Assembly (NCBI GenBank): GCA_019244185.1
Contig: JAFATB010000005.1
Span: forward strand, 96,001 to 160,000
Source of the DNA: Acidobacteriota bacterium
Lineage (GTDB): Bacteria; Acidobacteriota; Thermoanaerobaculia; Gp7-AA8
Reading direction: 5' to 3'
DNA: 64,000 nucleotides
Part shown: positions 18,974-28,120 of the stretch, in pieces
How positions within the stretch are numbered: position 1 is the stretch's first letter
How the letters are laid out: each line of letters starts with the position of its first letter
Translations under genes and position numbers: made by a program
The notes under the pieces: generated by a model
Database searches by the model: none
Seen by the model: the letters and a program-made list of their open reading frames with translations, nothing else
Told to the model about the DNA's origin: nothing

Positions 18974-19704
18974 ATCTGATGCGCCAGCCCGATCTCCCCG
19001 AAGATCTCATCGCGCAACGCGATGTATCGCGGATCGCTGAGATCGCGCGGATGCGCGAGATTCACGTCGACGACGCGCCGCACGCGTCCGGGCCGCGCTG
19101 ACAGCACGACCACGCGGTCCGCGAGCTGCACCGATTCCTCGATGTCGTGCGTCACGAAGAGAATCGTCTTCCGCTCCGCCTGCCAGATCCGAAGCAGTTC
19201 GCGCCGCATCTGCAGGCGCGTGATGGAGTCGAGCGCGCCGAACGGCTCGTCGAGATAGAGCACGTCGGGATCGACCGCGAGCGCGCGCGCCACTTCGAGC
19301 CGCTGCTTCATGCCGCCCGAGAGCTCGCGCGGATACGAACGCTCGAATCCCTGCAGGCCGACGAGCTGCACGTACCGCGCGATGCGCGCGCGCTTCTCGT
19401 CGTCCTTTTGGCGAAAGAGTCCGAAGCCGATGTTCTCTTCGACCGTGAGCCACGGAAAGACGCCGCGCTCCTGAAAGACGAAGATGCGCCGCGGATCAGG
19501 TCCCGTCACCGGCTCGCCGTCGATGGTGACGCGCCCTTCGGTCGGCGTCACGAATCCGCCCACGATGTTGAGCAGCGTCGACTTGCCGCAGCCAGAGGGG
19601 CCGAGGATGCAGACGAACTCGCCTGCGTTGACCGAGAGGTTGATGTCGTCGAGCACGCGCACGCCGCCGAAGCGCATGCCGATCGAGTCGAAGTGAACCT
19701 TCAT
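18970..19704 (-). CDS. ABC transporter ATP-binding protein
   Basis: GPSGCGKST, LSGGMKQR, YLDEPFGALD, VTHD; start trimmed to MKVHF. Confidence 0.95.
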   Translation of the reverse strand: MKVHFDSIGMRFGGVRVLDDINLSVNAGEFVCILGPSGCGKSTLLNIVGGFVTPTEGRVTIDGEPVTGPDPRRIFVFQERGVFPWLTVEENIGFGLFRQKDDEKRARIARYVQLVGLQGFERSYPRELSGGMKQRLEVARALAVDPDVLYLDEPFGALDSITRLQMRRELLRIWQAERKTILFVTHDIEESVQLADRVVVLSARPGRVRRVVDVNLAHPRDLSDPRYIALRDEIFGEIGLAHQI

Positions 19705-20456
19705 TCCGCGGCGTACCCCCAGCGCACGGATGGCAGCCGTTCGAGCCGGCGCATGAGCAGGTCGAGGCCGATGCCGATGAGACCGATGAGCACCATGCCG
19801 GCGACGACGAGGTCGTAACGGTTGCCGGCATTGCGCGCGTCGACGATGAGAAAGCCGAGACCGGAGTTCACCGCGATCATCTCCGCGGCGACGACGACCA
19901 GCCACGCGATGCCGAGCGTGATGCGCATGGCGACGATGAGCTGCGGAAGGATGCCGGGGACGACGACGCTCCGCACGAGCTCGGCGTGCGAGAGTCCGAA
20001 GTTGCGCCCCGCCGCGAGATGCACGCCTTCGAGGTTGTGCACCGCTTCGACCGTCGCGGTCGTCAGCGGCAGCACCGAGGCGAGGAAGATCAGGAAGATC
20101 GCCGCCGCGTCGCCGACGCCGAACCAGAGGATGCCGATCGGAATCCACGCGAGCGGCGAGATCGGCCGCAGGATCTGCAGGATCGGATTGACCGCGCTGT
20201 CGCCGCGTCGCGAGAGGCCTAACGTGACGCCCGCGGGCACCGCGACGGCGACCGCCGCAAGGTAGCCCCACGTCACGCGGAAGAGCGAGGCCACGACGTA
20301 GCGGACGAGGAGCCCTTTCTCCGCGAGCTCGCCGATCGCGCGCAACGTTTGCCACGGCGTCGGCACGAGCGTGCGCGGCGAGGCCGCGACCGCGAGTTGC
20401 CACGCGGCGACCGCAACAGCGATTCCCAGCAATGGAAGGAGTCGTTTCAGACGCAA
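19701..20456 (-). CDS. ABC transporter permease (second paralog)
   Basis: LRPISPLAW; VVAAEMIAVNSGLG; clear similarity to 18197..18973. Confidence 0.93.
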   Translation of the reverse strand: MRLKRLLPLLGIAVAVAAWQLAVAASPRTLVPTPWQTLRAIGELAEKGLLVRYVVASLFRVTWGYLAAVAVAVPAGVTLGLSRRGDSAVNPILQILRPISPLAWIPIGILWFGVGDAAAIFLIFLASVLPLTTATVEAVHNLEGVHLAAGRNFGLSHAELVRSVVVPGILPQLIVAMRITLGIAWLVVVAAEMIAVNSGLGFLIVDARNAGNRYDLVVAGMVLIGLIGIGLDLLMRRLERLPSVRWGYAAE

Positions 20457-20510
20457 ACTCGGGCGAGAGAGTAGCCGGTTTTGTGACCCCCGTCACGCGC
20501 AGCAAATAAC

Positions 20511-20526
20511 CGGCACCTCGTTTGCT
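20511..20526 (+). promoter_or_regulatory. Sigma-54-type -24/-12 promoter candidate
   Basis: CGGCAC-CTCGT-TTGCT (GG-N10-GC), 15 nt before the GGDEF gene start. Confidence 0.6.
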
Positions 20527-20541
20527 CCGAACGCGCCCTCA

Positions 20542-21498
20542 ATGGCGACCCGCTACGAGACACCCGCACGACGACGGAACGAACTGGAGCCCCCGACTCC
20601 CACGCGCGTTCTCGCCGTTGACGATGACTCCGCTTACCTCCGCCGCCTCGAGGTCGTCCTGACTCGCGCCGGCTTCGACGTCGTGACCGCCTTCGACGGT
20701 CCGACCGCGATCGAGCGCATCCGCGAAGACGGCGACATCGAGATCCTCATCAGCGATCTCACCATGCCCGGCATGGACGGCATCGAGACCGTGCGCCAGG
20801 CACGCACCGCGTGCGCGTTCCCCGGCCTCTACACGATCCTCCTCACCGCGAACGACGGCGCCGACGTGAAGCTCCGCGCGCTCGACAGCGGCCTCGATGA
20901 CTTTCTCACCAAAGCGTCGACCGACTCCGAGATCGTGGCCAAGCTCCGCAGCGCCGCACGACGCCTGGCCATGGAACGCCGCCTCCAGGTCGAAAACGAA
21001 GAACTGCAGACGCTCGCCCTGACCGACGAGCTCACCGGCATCGCCAACCGCCGCGCACTCTTCCGCGCCGCCGAAAGCATCCTAGGCGCCGGCCGCACGA
21101 TGACCGTCGTCCTCTTCGACCTCGACCGCTTCAAGCAGATCAACGACAGCTACGGCCACCTCATGGGCGACCGCATCCTCGCCGACGTCGCCGCCTGCCT
21201 CAAAGCCCACACGCGCGTCGGCGACGTGATCGCCCGCTATGGAGGCGACGAGTTCGTCCTCCTCCTCCCCGACACCCCCACCCCCGAAGCCCGCGCGATC
21301 ACGCAACGGATCCGCGCCAGAATCGCCGCCCTCCGCTGGACCCATTCCGGCAGCGTCATCTCCATCAACCTCGGCACCGGCCTCTCCACGGCCGGCTCCG
21401 CCAGCACCATCGAAACGCTGCTGGCGGAGTCGGACGCAAAGCTGTACGAGGGGAAGGTGGGGAGGCATCAGGAGCTGGATCTTTCGATCCAGCTCTGA
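20542..21498 (+). CDS. Receiver + GGDEF diguanylate cyclase
   Basis: VLAVDDD, ISDLTMPGMDG, TDELTGIANRR, DLDRFKQINDSYGH, RYGGDEF. Confidence 0.94.
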   Translation: MATRYETPARRRNELEPPTPTRVLAVDDDSAYLRRLEVVLTRAGFDVVTAFDGPTAIERIREDGDIEILISDLTMPGMDGIETVRQARTACAFPGLYTILLTANDGADVKLRALDSGLDDFLTKASTDSEIVAKLRSAARRLAMERRLQVENEELQTLALTDELTGIANRRALFRAAESILGAGRTMTVVLFDLDRFKQINDSYGHLMGDRILADVAACLKAHTRVGDVIARYGGDEFVLLLPDTPTPEARAITQRIRARIAALRWTHSGSVISINLGTGLSTAGSASTIETLLAESDAKLYEGKVGRHQELDLSIQL

Positions 21499-21513
21499 TG
21501 CCTTTGGTTCTTA

Positions 21514-22023
21514 CTACAGTTCCACGCCGGTGACCGCCGGTTCGCGGCCTAGCAGCGCAAGGAATACCGCGCCGGACACGTGCTGTCCCATCGCGTTACC
21601 CGTACCGGCAACGATGTAAAGGTCATCGCGGTCCGGATACTTCAGCCAGACCGCCTGAAGCAACTGTTCCGGGACATCGAGGATACGAATGAGCACCTCG
21701 GGCCGGGAGTCTGCTCCATCCACGATCTCCTCGATTTGCAGCGCCATGAAACCAGCTGCGATCTCGACGACCTGCTCGGTGCGCGAGCGTGCAAACGCGG
21801 ACGCGCGCTCGCCGACTCGCACTTGATGATGCCAGCCAGTATGCTCGGCGATCTCTTCGATCCGCGTCGCCTCCGGCGGAACCTCTCCTTTGTACGTCCA
21901 CACGGCAATGGATTGCTCGAGTGCGACCCTGCTCTCGCGCAACACGCCGAACAATGACGTAAAGCGTGCGGCGATGTCGTCGCGCAATGCTTCCGGTACT
22001 TCGTAAGTGTCAGTCAGTGCCAT
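21514..22023 (-). CDS. Hypothetical protein, probable partner of the papain-like protease
   Basis: SD GAAGG; GWHHQV and RILDVPEQLLQAVWL segments; last gene of the island operon. Confidence 0.75.
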   Translation of the reverse strand: MALTDTYEVPEALRDDIAARFTSLFGVLRESRVALEQSIAVWTYKGEVPPEATRIEEIAEHTGWHHQVRVGERASAFARSRTEQVVEIAAGFMALQIEEIVDGADSRPEVLIRILDVPEQLLQAVWLKYPDRDDLYIVAGTGNAMGQHVSGAVFLALLGREPAVTGVEL

Positions 22024-22038
22024 GATGAGTCCTTCCCT

Positions 22039-22587
22039 TCAGTCGACGATCCACGTCTGGACCCACGTGCCGTAATAGCCGGTCGGCAGGTGCGGCCGCG
22101 GTACGGCTCCAGTGGAGTTGTTCTTTGCGCAGTCGAGAATCATTACCTGGTCCGGAGCCGAGACGCCGACGACCAGCGCCATGTGACCGGTCACCCTCCG
22201 GCCGCTCGCGCGGCGGAAGCCGAGGATCAGGAGCTTATTCTCGTCAACGACGTTTGTTTGTATTTCCGCGAAGGACAGCTGCGGCTGCGGAGCGGGCGAG
22301 ACCGTGAGACCTTCGGTGGGGCACACCAGGGTTTCGAAGTCCCGAGAGTCACAGGAAACATTGCACCGGAAGGGTCGGGTGCAACAATCAAGGGACGCAT
22401 CCTGCAGAAACGTCTGCACGATCTCGCACTGGCTTCTCGTGCTTCCACGACTCTTCAGAACCATCTGCACAGTCGCTGCCCAGCACCATTCGTTTTGCTC
22501 TGCGCCGCACCACGTCACGGGAGCGGCATGCAGCCTCGGCGTCGCTGCGAGCGGTTGGGTTAACAGAATCTCATTGTTACGAAACAT
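22039..22587 (-). CDS. Papain-like cysteine protease (C39-like/C70-like)
   Basis: SD TAAGGAG; EQNEWCWAA (catalytic Cys), GHMALVVG (His), MILD (Asp); Cys-rich insert; no signal peptide. Confidence 0.78.
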   Translation of the reverse strand: MFRNNEILLTQPLAATPRLHAAPVTWCGAEQNEWCWAATVQMVLKSRGSTRSQCEIVQTFLQDASLDCCTRPFRCNVSCDSRDFETLVCPTEGLTVSPAPQPQLSFAEIQTNVVDENKLLILGFRRASGRRVTGHMALVVGVSAPDQVMILDCAKNNSTGAVPRPHLPTGYYGTWVQTWIVD

Positions 22588-22599
22588 GCTGAATTCTCC

Positions 22600-23550
22600 T
22601 TATGGCAGCCACAGCGCCGGCGGACAATTGTGTCCACCCGCGGTGCCGTATCGAATGACGGGCGCGGTTCGCACGCCGGCGTCGTACTGTTGCGCGATCA
22701 ATGCGAAAGTCATCTCAGCGGGCGGGTTCTCAATCAGATCGACCTGATTGAGCCGGTGTGAATGCGTCTCCTGCGGTGGATGCGGCAGCCCCACAGGGTC
22801 GGTATGGCCATAGAGATAACGCAGCGGCGCCGGCGGGGGCGTGTGGCACATTGTGTAATACAGTGGAAAATGCCGATCGACCTCGCAGTCCGACATTCCA
22901 TCGAGCTCGTCGTCGAGGATGATTTCCTCCGAGGGCACGTTGCCGATGCGCACCTCGATTGTATTCAGACCTCCGACCGAGCCGATCTTCAGCACGTCGG
23001 TACCGGCGGCGTCTGTCATGCGCAGTGTGATGAATTCTTTGTCTGTCTGAAAGTTTAGGCAAACGTCCTGCGCGATGAACTGATCGAAGGGGCCTTCTTC
23101 AGCGAAGCCCCATTTGAATTTGGGCGCGACCCATGTCGCGGATAGATGGCCCCCAGTGAGCTTCAACCGGCCCGAGACGATTCGAGGGTTGGTCGACGCG
23201 AAGACAGTCTGTGAGAAACGGGCGTGCACGGGGTTGGGGACCGCGGCCGTCATCGGCAGGATGTAGAGTGTGTTCATCGAGAAGCCCGTCTGTGGCATCT
23301 CGTCGATCGACAAGGCCTTGCCGTCGAGATAGAACGCGCTGAGTGTAGCTGGTACTTTTTTTAGCCGTCGATGATTGTCGATTTCGTCCGGCACGCGGGT
23401 CGAGCCGGGCTGCAGCGCCGCCGACTCGGCGAGCACATAAGCCTGATGCGGCTCGGGTGCGTCGCTGAAATTTTTGAGTATTACGGTCGCGCCCGTGTCA
23501 TCAGGTACGAGTGCCGTGATACCTGTGAAAATGATGTGTACATCCTTCAT
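22600..23550 (-). CDS. Hypothetical protein following the CHAT gene
   Basis: SD AAAGGA; 316 aa, beta-rich; HFPLYY and C-terminal GGHNCPP. Confidence 0.8.
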   Translation of the reverse strand: MKDVHIIFTGITALVPDDTGATVILKNFSDAPEPHQAYVLAESAALQPGSTRVPDEIDNHRRLKKVPATLSAFYLDGKALSIDEMPQTGFSMNTLYILPMTAAVPNPVHARFSQTVFASTNPRIVSGRLKLTGGHLSATWVAPKFKWGFAEEGPFDQFIAQDVCLNFQTDKEFITLRMTDAAGTDVLKIGSVGGLNTIEVRIGNVPSEEIILDDELDGMSDCEVDRHFPLYYTMCHTPPPAPLRYLYGHTDPVGLPHPPQETHSHRLNQVDLIENPPAEMTFALIAQQYDAGVRTAPVIRYGTAGGHNCPPALWLP

Positions 23551-23683
23551 AATCGTTCCTTTGTGTGGTGGTGTGGCAGGGACAGCGTGAGCACACGCTC
23601 AGCGCGTCGGTGTAGTACCAGTCATAGATTGTTCGCGAATCGACCCGGACCTGCGCAGCAGCGTTGCCGCTTCCTTGCTGCAC

Positions 23684-23711
23684 AATGGAGGGACGCGGCG
23701 CTCGTTTTCCC
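23684..23711 (-). promoter_or_regulatory. Candidate ECF promoter, copy A
   Basis: GGGAAA-N10-CGTCCC-TCCATT; resembles the copy at 27151-27179. Confidence 0.45.
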
Positions 23712-23728
23712 GATGAAAGTTCGGGAGG

Positions 23729-26700
23729 TCAGGCGGAGATCGTTTGCGCCGGCAAACGCCGCTCGATCGGCCCAAGGACGCGAAGTGCGCCCCAATATTG
23801 AGGCCTTCGGCGGAGCGGACTTGGGGAATGGAGATATTGCAGTTGTGTGCCGCGCAATGCGTCGGCGGCGGTCATTCCGCCGCGGATGCGGCGATGAAAT
23901 GAACTGAAGAAAGTCGCAGCAAACGTATCGTCGATGTCGTACAGAGGAGCGACGACGGCTCCGGCTCCGGCGGCGAGGAAGGCTCGCGCGAGACTGAGAG
24001 AGCCTTCAGCCCTCCGCGTTTTTCCGGTGGCGGTCCTGCAGTTCGCGAGCACGACGAGCGGCTGCCGTCTCAGCGTCCACGAACCGACCGTCTCCGGCGA
24101 CAAGGTCGTCTCCTGCGCGCCGAGCGCAAAACCAGGACCGTCATCGGCACTCGTCGCCGGCTTCGAGTGACCAATGAGGTGAATGACGTCCGCGTCCGTA
24201 GCCGCGGCGCGAATGACGTCCTGCGTCGCCTGCCGGTCGTAGAAACTGGTCGACCGCGGATAGGCCCCGATCACACCACGAGCTTCGGCGTCGGCGCTCG
24301 CCAGCGGCGTGAGCTGGCGATCGCCGCCGGCAGCACGCTCGGCAACCACAAGGACAGTATCTCGTGCTGACGAGGCAGCCGCACCGGAGAGTGCTACCGC
24401 CGCACTCGGTGCGACGATCGCCGCGTGCTGCTCGATCAGGTATTCGCCACGACTTCGGTCGTATAACGCCGAAAACGGCACCTCGTCGTCGAAGGCAGCA
24501 TCCGGAACCAGGACGAGCATCTCGTTTGGACCCACGCGTGCGCGCAAGGCCAACGGCAAGAGCAAGTCGTGGAGGTCGGCAACCGCGCCTTCACACGGCA
24601 AGGAGAGCTGGGCCATGCATGTGGCGACTCGATGCACCGCCGCCGCAACCGTCTCCGTCGGCGCTGCGATCCGCACGCCAATCACATCGTTCGAAGTCAC
24701 ACACCACACGAGCAGCGCGTCCGGCAAGACGGCCCACTCGAGGAGCGCCGTGTTCGCCGGCACCTGCGCGGCGATTGCGCGTGCGTCGTTCTGCGGCGCG
24801 ACATTGCGACGCTCCGCGAGCAGCCGTGCCCGTGAGTGTTCGGCGACGATCAGCGCCTCTCCCCACTCCCCATCGCGCGACAATTCTCCTAGCAGCCGCT
24901 GACTCGCCTCCGCCGCGACGTCGAGATACGAGATCCGCTCCACGGGATTCAGGAGCTCGCGTCGTTGCTGCTCCACGTACCGCAGCGCCGTTCGGAAATC
25001 GGCACGCGCTGCATGCGAATCGCGCAGTTGCTGGTGCGCGATGCCGCGCGCGAGAAACACGTCGGCGACACGAAACGTGTCGGAACGCCGCGCCGTGCGG
25101 CCGAGGTAGCGATTTGCAGCCGTCATGGCGATTGCAGGTTCGGTGGCGGCAATCGTCCGAGCCAAAACCGCGTCGTAGTTCTCGACCGCGCGCTCGCGCG
25201 TCGACGGGTCGGCGATTGCAGTCGCCGCGTAGGACGCGCGTCGAAATGCTGCCTCTGCACGACCGCGCGCGCCAGAACGATGCATAGCGACCGCGTACCA
25301 GAGATCGGCGTCCGCGATCGCAGTCGGATCGCCGCTGACGTTCGCGATCGTCTTGAGCCTGCTCGCCACTGCGACCGCAAGCCGTGGATGCTGGTCATCG
25401 CGCAGCAGAGACTGGAGCATCTCCTGCAGGGAAACATGCAGCCGGTCGTGATCGCCCGCTCGGTACAACCCGGCGATTCCCTCGATGCGCGCCCCCCAAC
25501 CGTCGTCGGCCGCTCGGAGGTACGATGCTCGCTCGGCGATCATTGCCTGGAGAGCGGCAATCGTGTCGGTTTCGCCGGCCTTTGTGAGTTGCGCCAGCGC
25601 CGAGGCGTAGGGACGGCCGGCGGCGCCGGCGCGGTCTGACGCAACGTACGCCAAGCCTTCGATCCATGACAGCCTCGCGTCAAGGGTCGGGTACCGTTTC
25701 GCGTCGTAGGCTGGCGAACCGCGGACGCGCGCGATCTCGCGCAATGCAACGTCGTAGCGTGCGCAATACCACTGCGCACGGGCAGTCGCGAGACGCGAAA
25801 GCCACTCCAGCCGCGTATATGCCCGCAGATGCTCGCTGGCGGCTTCAAGAAGCGTCGCCGCCCGTTGCACATCGGTTTTCTGAAGTTGCTGCCCCTGCCG
25901 CAGTTCCTGTAAGCCGGACGCCGCGCCCGCGGAACCGTTGCGCCGCAGATCCGCCAATGCCGCGGCGAGAAAAGCATCGCCGCGGCGTTCGAACGTGGCG
26001 GCAGCGGTTCGCAGGGCAAAGTCGTCAGAATCCGCTCCATCGACGATCCGCGCCTCTGCGGCGTCGCGCATTTGTCGTGGATGCTCGGCCACGAGGCGCG
26101 CAATCGCCGCCGCGTCGGATCGCGCGATCGCGCGCGCGAGAAGAGCGCCCCCGTCCCACGAGCTGCTGCTGGTCGGCTCATTGAGATCGGATAGCTTCTG
26201 TCGCGCCTCGGTCGCCCAAGGCGACTGCGGATCGAGGCGGAGGTAATCGGCCCAGGCAACCTTTGCGTCCTCCTGAAGACCGACCGCGGTCAGGGCGAGT
26301 GCACGATTCCAGGCGATGGGGGGCGAATGCTCGAGGTTCCATGCTCGCTGGACGCACTCCGCTGCGGCGAGATCATCCGTGCGCGCGCGCGTGTAGAGGG
26401 CGCGCGCCGAATAGGCGGCGGAGAGATCGTTGAGCAACGTAGCGTCTTGCGAGGCGGTGATTGCCGCACTTATCGATGACTGATGCGTCTCACGCGTCAA
26501 CGCTTTTTCGAGCGTCGTGACTGCCGCTCGCGGGTCGCCGAGCAGCAACTCGGCAACGCCGACGGCGTGTAGGTTCTTCGGCGTCGCGTGCGCGTCGGCG
26601 GCATGGCGGATGTCCGCTGCCGCAGCCATGAGCGCCCAGCGATGCTCGTCGCCTTTGTCGCTGCCGTCCTGGCCGCCTTCGCCACCGCGCATGTGGTTGT

Positions 26701-27076
26701 ACTCTTTGTACGAGAAACCTCCGCTCAATCGTCCCTCGATCGGGCGACTCTCGAGATCGTCCGCAGCTGCAATCAGCTTGGCGATATCCGCCGAGCCGGA
26801 ACGGCCGGGCAGGAAACGATAGACGTACAAAGCCGCAATCGCCGCGAGCAGCGCCGCAGTTGCAGCCATCCACCAACGCGAGCGGAAAGGCCGGATTCGA
26901 GTGGGCTGAGCCGCGGTGGAGAGCTCGGTCGCCGTCATGAAGACAGAGCGGCACTCGCCGCAAACACTGACGTGTTCGATTGCCGCGCGGCGGGCGCTCG
27001 CGTCCAATGTGCCATCCGCTAAGCCGGCGAGGGTCTCCGGGTCGAGATGATTGGACGGTTCGGTGAGAGTGCTCAT
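23729..27076 (-). CDS. Zinc-finger anti-sigma (zf-HC2) / TM / TPR / CHAT (caspase-like) protease fusion
   Basis: HLDPETLAGLADGTL...EHVSVCGECR; TM WWMAATAALLAAIAALYVY; helical repeats; VLVPD..VPFSAL, IHLIGHS, LVVLANCRT, SLARAFLAAGA, QYWG. Confidence 0.9.
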   Translation of the reverse strand: MSTLTEPSNHLDPETLAGLADGTLDASARRAAIEHVSVCGECRSVFMTATELSTAAQPTRIRPFRSRWWMAATAALLAAIAALYVYRFLPGRSGSADIAKLIAAADDLESRPIEGRLSGGFSYKEYNHMRGGEGGQDGSDKGDEHRWALMAAAADIRHAADAHATPKNLHAVGVAELLLGDPRAAVTTLEKALTRETHQSSISAAITASQDATLLNDLSAAYSARALYTRARTDDLAAAECVQRAWNLEHSPPIAWNRALALTAVGLQEDAKVAWADYLRLDPQSPWATEARQKLSDLNEPTSSSSWDGGALLARAIARSDAAAIARLVAEHPRQMRDAAEARIVDGADSDDFALRTAAATFERRGDAFLAAALADLRRNGSAGAASGLQELRQGQQLQKTDVQRAATLLEAASEHLRAYTRLEWLSRLATARAQWYCARYDVALREIARVRGSPAYDAKRYPTLDARLSWIEGLAYVASDRAGAAGRPYASALAQLTKAGETDTIAALQAMIAERASYLRAADDGWGARIEGIAGLYRAGDHDRLHVSLQEMLQSLLRDDQHPRLAVAVASRLKTIANVSGDPTAIADADLWYAVAMHRSGARGRAEAAFRRASYAATAIADPSTRERAVENYDAVLARTIAATEPAIAMTAANRYLGRTARRSDTFRVADVFLARGIAHQQLRDSHAARADFRTALRYVEQQRRELLNPVERISYLDVAAEASQRLLGELSRDGEWGEALIVAEHSRARLLAERRNVAPQNDARAIAAQVPANTALLEWAVLPDALLVWCVTSNDVIGVRIAAPTETVAAAVHRVATCMAQLSLPCEGAVADLHDLLLPLALRARVGPNEMLVLVPDAAFDDEVPFSALYDRSRGEYLIEQHAAIVAPSAAVALSGAAASSARDTVLVVAERAAGGDRQLTPLASADAEARGVIGAYPRSTSFYDRQATQDVIRAAATDADVIHLIGHSKPATSADDGPGFALGAQETTLSPETVGSWTLRRQPLVVLANCRTATGKTRRAEGSLSLARAFLAAGAGAVVAPLYDIDDTFAATFFSSFHRRIRGGMTAADALRGTQLQYLHSPSPLRRRPQYWGALRVLGPIERRLPAQTISA

Positions 27077-27975
27077 GGAATTGCGCCCTCCCCTTTTGTG
27101 ACCTTCGCCCCTCCGGAAGTCCCACTCGTTGTGGGAGGCCCACCTACGGGATTGGTGGGACGGAAGGCATGGATTTCCCCACCATGGGAAAAGAAATCGA
27201 AGTGGATGTCCGTGTCGCCGCGATCGAGAAGCGTGGCGACATCGCTCCTTGCGACGCCAGCCCGCTCGAGCGTGCGTCGCATCGTCCCGTAAAGCCGGTC
27301 CAGTCGCTTATAGAGGCGCTTCTGTTCGATGTGCAGCCTTTGCGCGATGTCGGGCACTTTCAGGGCGTGCCAGAAGCGCATCTGCAGGATGAGGCGGTCC
27401 TCGGCGTCGAGAGTGCCGAGGAGCTCGTCGATGGCGCGGGCGGCGGTGCGGGCGGCGCGTTCGCGCTCATGGATCTCGACGCGTTCGTCGGCGCCGGCGT
27501 CGACGGCGGGCGCGTCGGCGCTCACCTCTTCCGAGACGATCGTCGGGCGGGGGGTGCGGGGCGGGAGGCGGACGTAGATCGCCTCGAGCTCGCAGGCGGT
27601 GTATTGCGAGCCGGCCGGGGTGGTCAATACCTTGACCGCCTCGTCGAACGTGTAGCCGTCGCGGGTGACGAGGCGTTCCAGCGTAATGGCCTTGTCGCCG
27701 AGGCGTTTGGCTTCGGCGGAGGGGCGCCATTTCCCCCAGCGTTCGACGCGCCATTGATGCGCGAGGCGGGCGATCACGGTCGTGAGGTAGGTCGAAAACG
27801 AGCTGCGGCCCTCGAACTTGCGGATGACGGCGTAGTCGTCGTCGAGGAGGCGGACGCGGACCTCCTGCATGAACTCGAGGGTCTCGTCGCGGTTGAGATG
27901 GTCCCGGCGCGCGACGAAGGCGGCGATGCGCTCGATCGTGCCAAGGTGCTCGAGGTACGTCTCTTCCGCGTTCAT
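27073..27975 (-). CDS. ECF-type RNA polymerase sigma-70 factor
   Basis: Region-2-like IRKFEGRSSFSTYLTTVI; region-4 LDAEDRLILQMRF...VPDIAQRL...LYKR; ATGA overlap with the CHAT gene. Confidence 0.88.
   Translation of the reverse strand: MNAEETYLEHLGTIERIAAFVARRDHLNRDETLEFMQEVRVRLLDDDYAVIRKFEGRSSFSTYLTTVIARLAHQWRVERWGKWRPSAEAKRLGDKAITLERLVTRDGYTFDEAVKVLTTPAGSQYTACELEAIYVRLPPRTPRPTIVSEEVSADAPAVDAGADERVEIHERERAARTAARAIDELLGTLDAEDRLILQMRFWHALKVPDIAQRLHIEQKRLYKRLDRLYGTMRRTLERAGVARSDVATLLDRGDTDIHFDFFSHGGEIHAFRPTNPVGGPPTTSGTSGGAKVTKGEGAIP
27151..27179 (-). promoter_or_regulatory. Candidate ECF promoter, copy B (inside the sigma 3' end)
   Basis: GGGAAA-N11-CGTCCC-ACCAAT, about 75 nt before the CHAT start. 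Confidence 0.45.
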
Positions 27976-28120
27976 CGGACCCAGTGACGCTTAGGCGTCT
28001 TACGCAGCCGCGGCGAGCCGCGGGACCTATAGATTTCGGGAACGCCGTCAGTCTAACAGGATCGGTGAGGAACGGAAGGTCGGACGCGGCGGACGGAACG
28101 TCCACCGTGTCCGAAAGTTT

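Noticed and set aside
21500-28120. Island as a prophage or integrative element
   Set aside because: No integrase, transposase, tRNA or flanking direct repeats that I could see; only the compositional shift.
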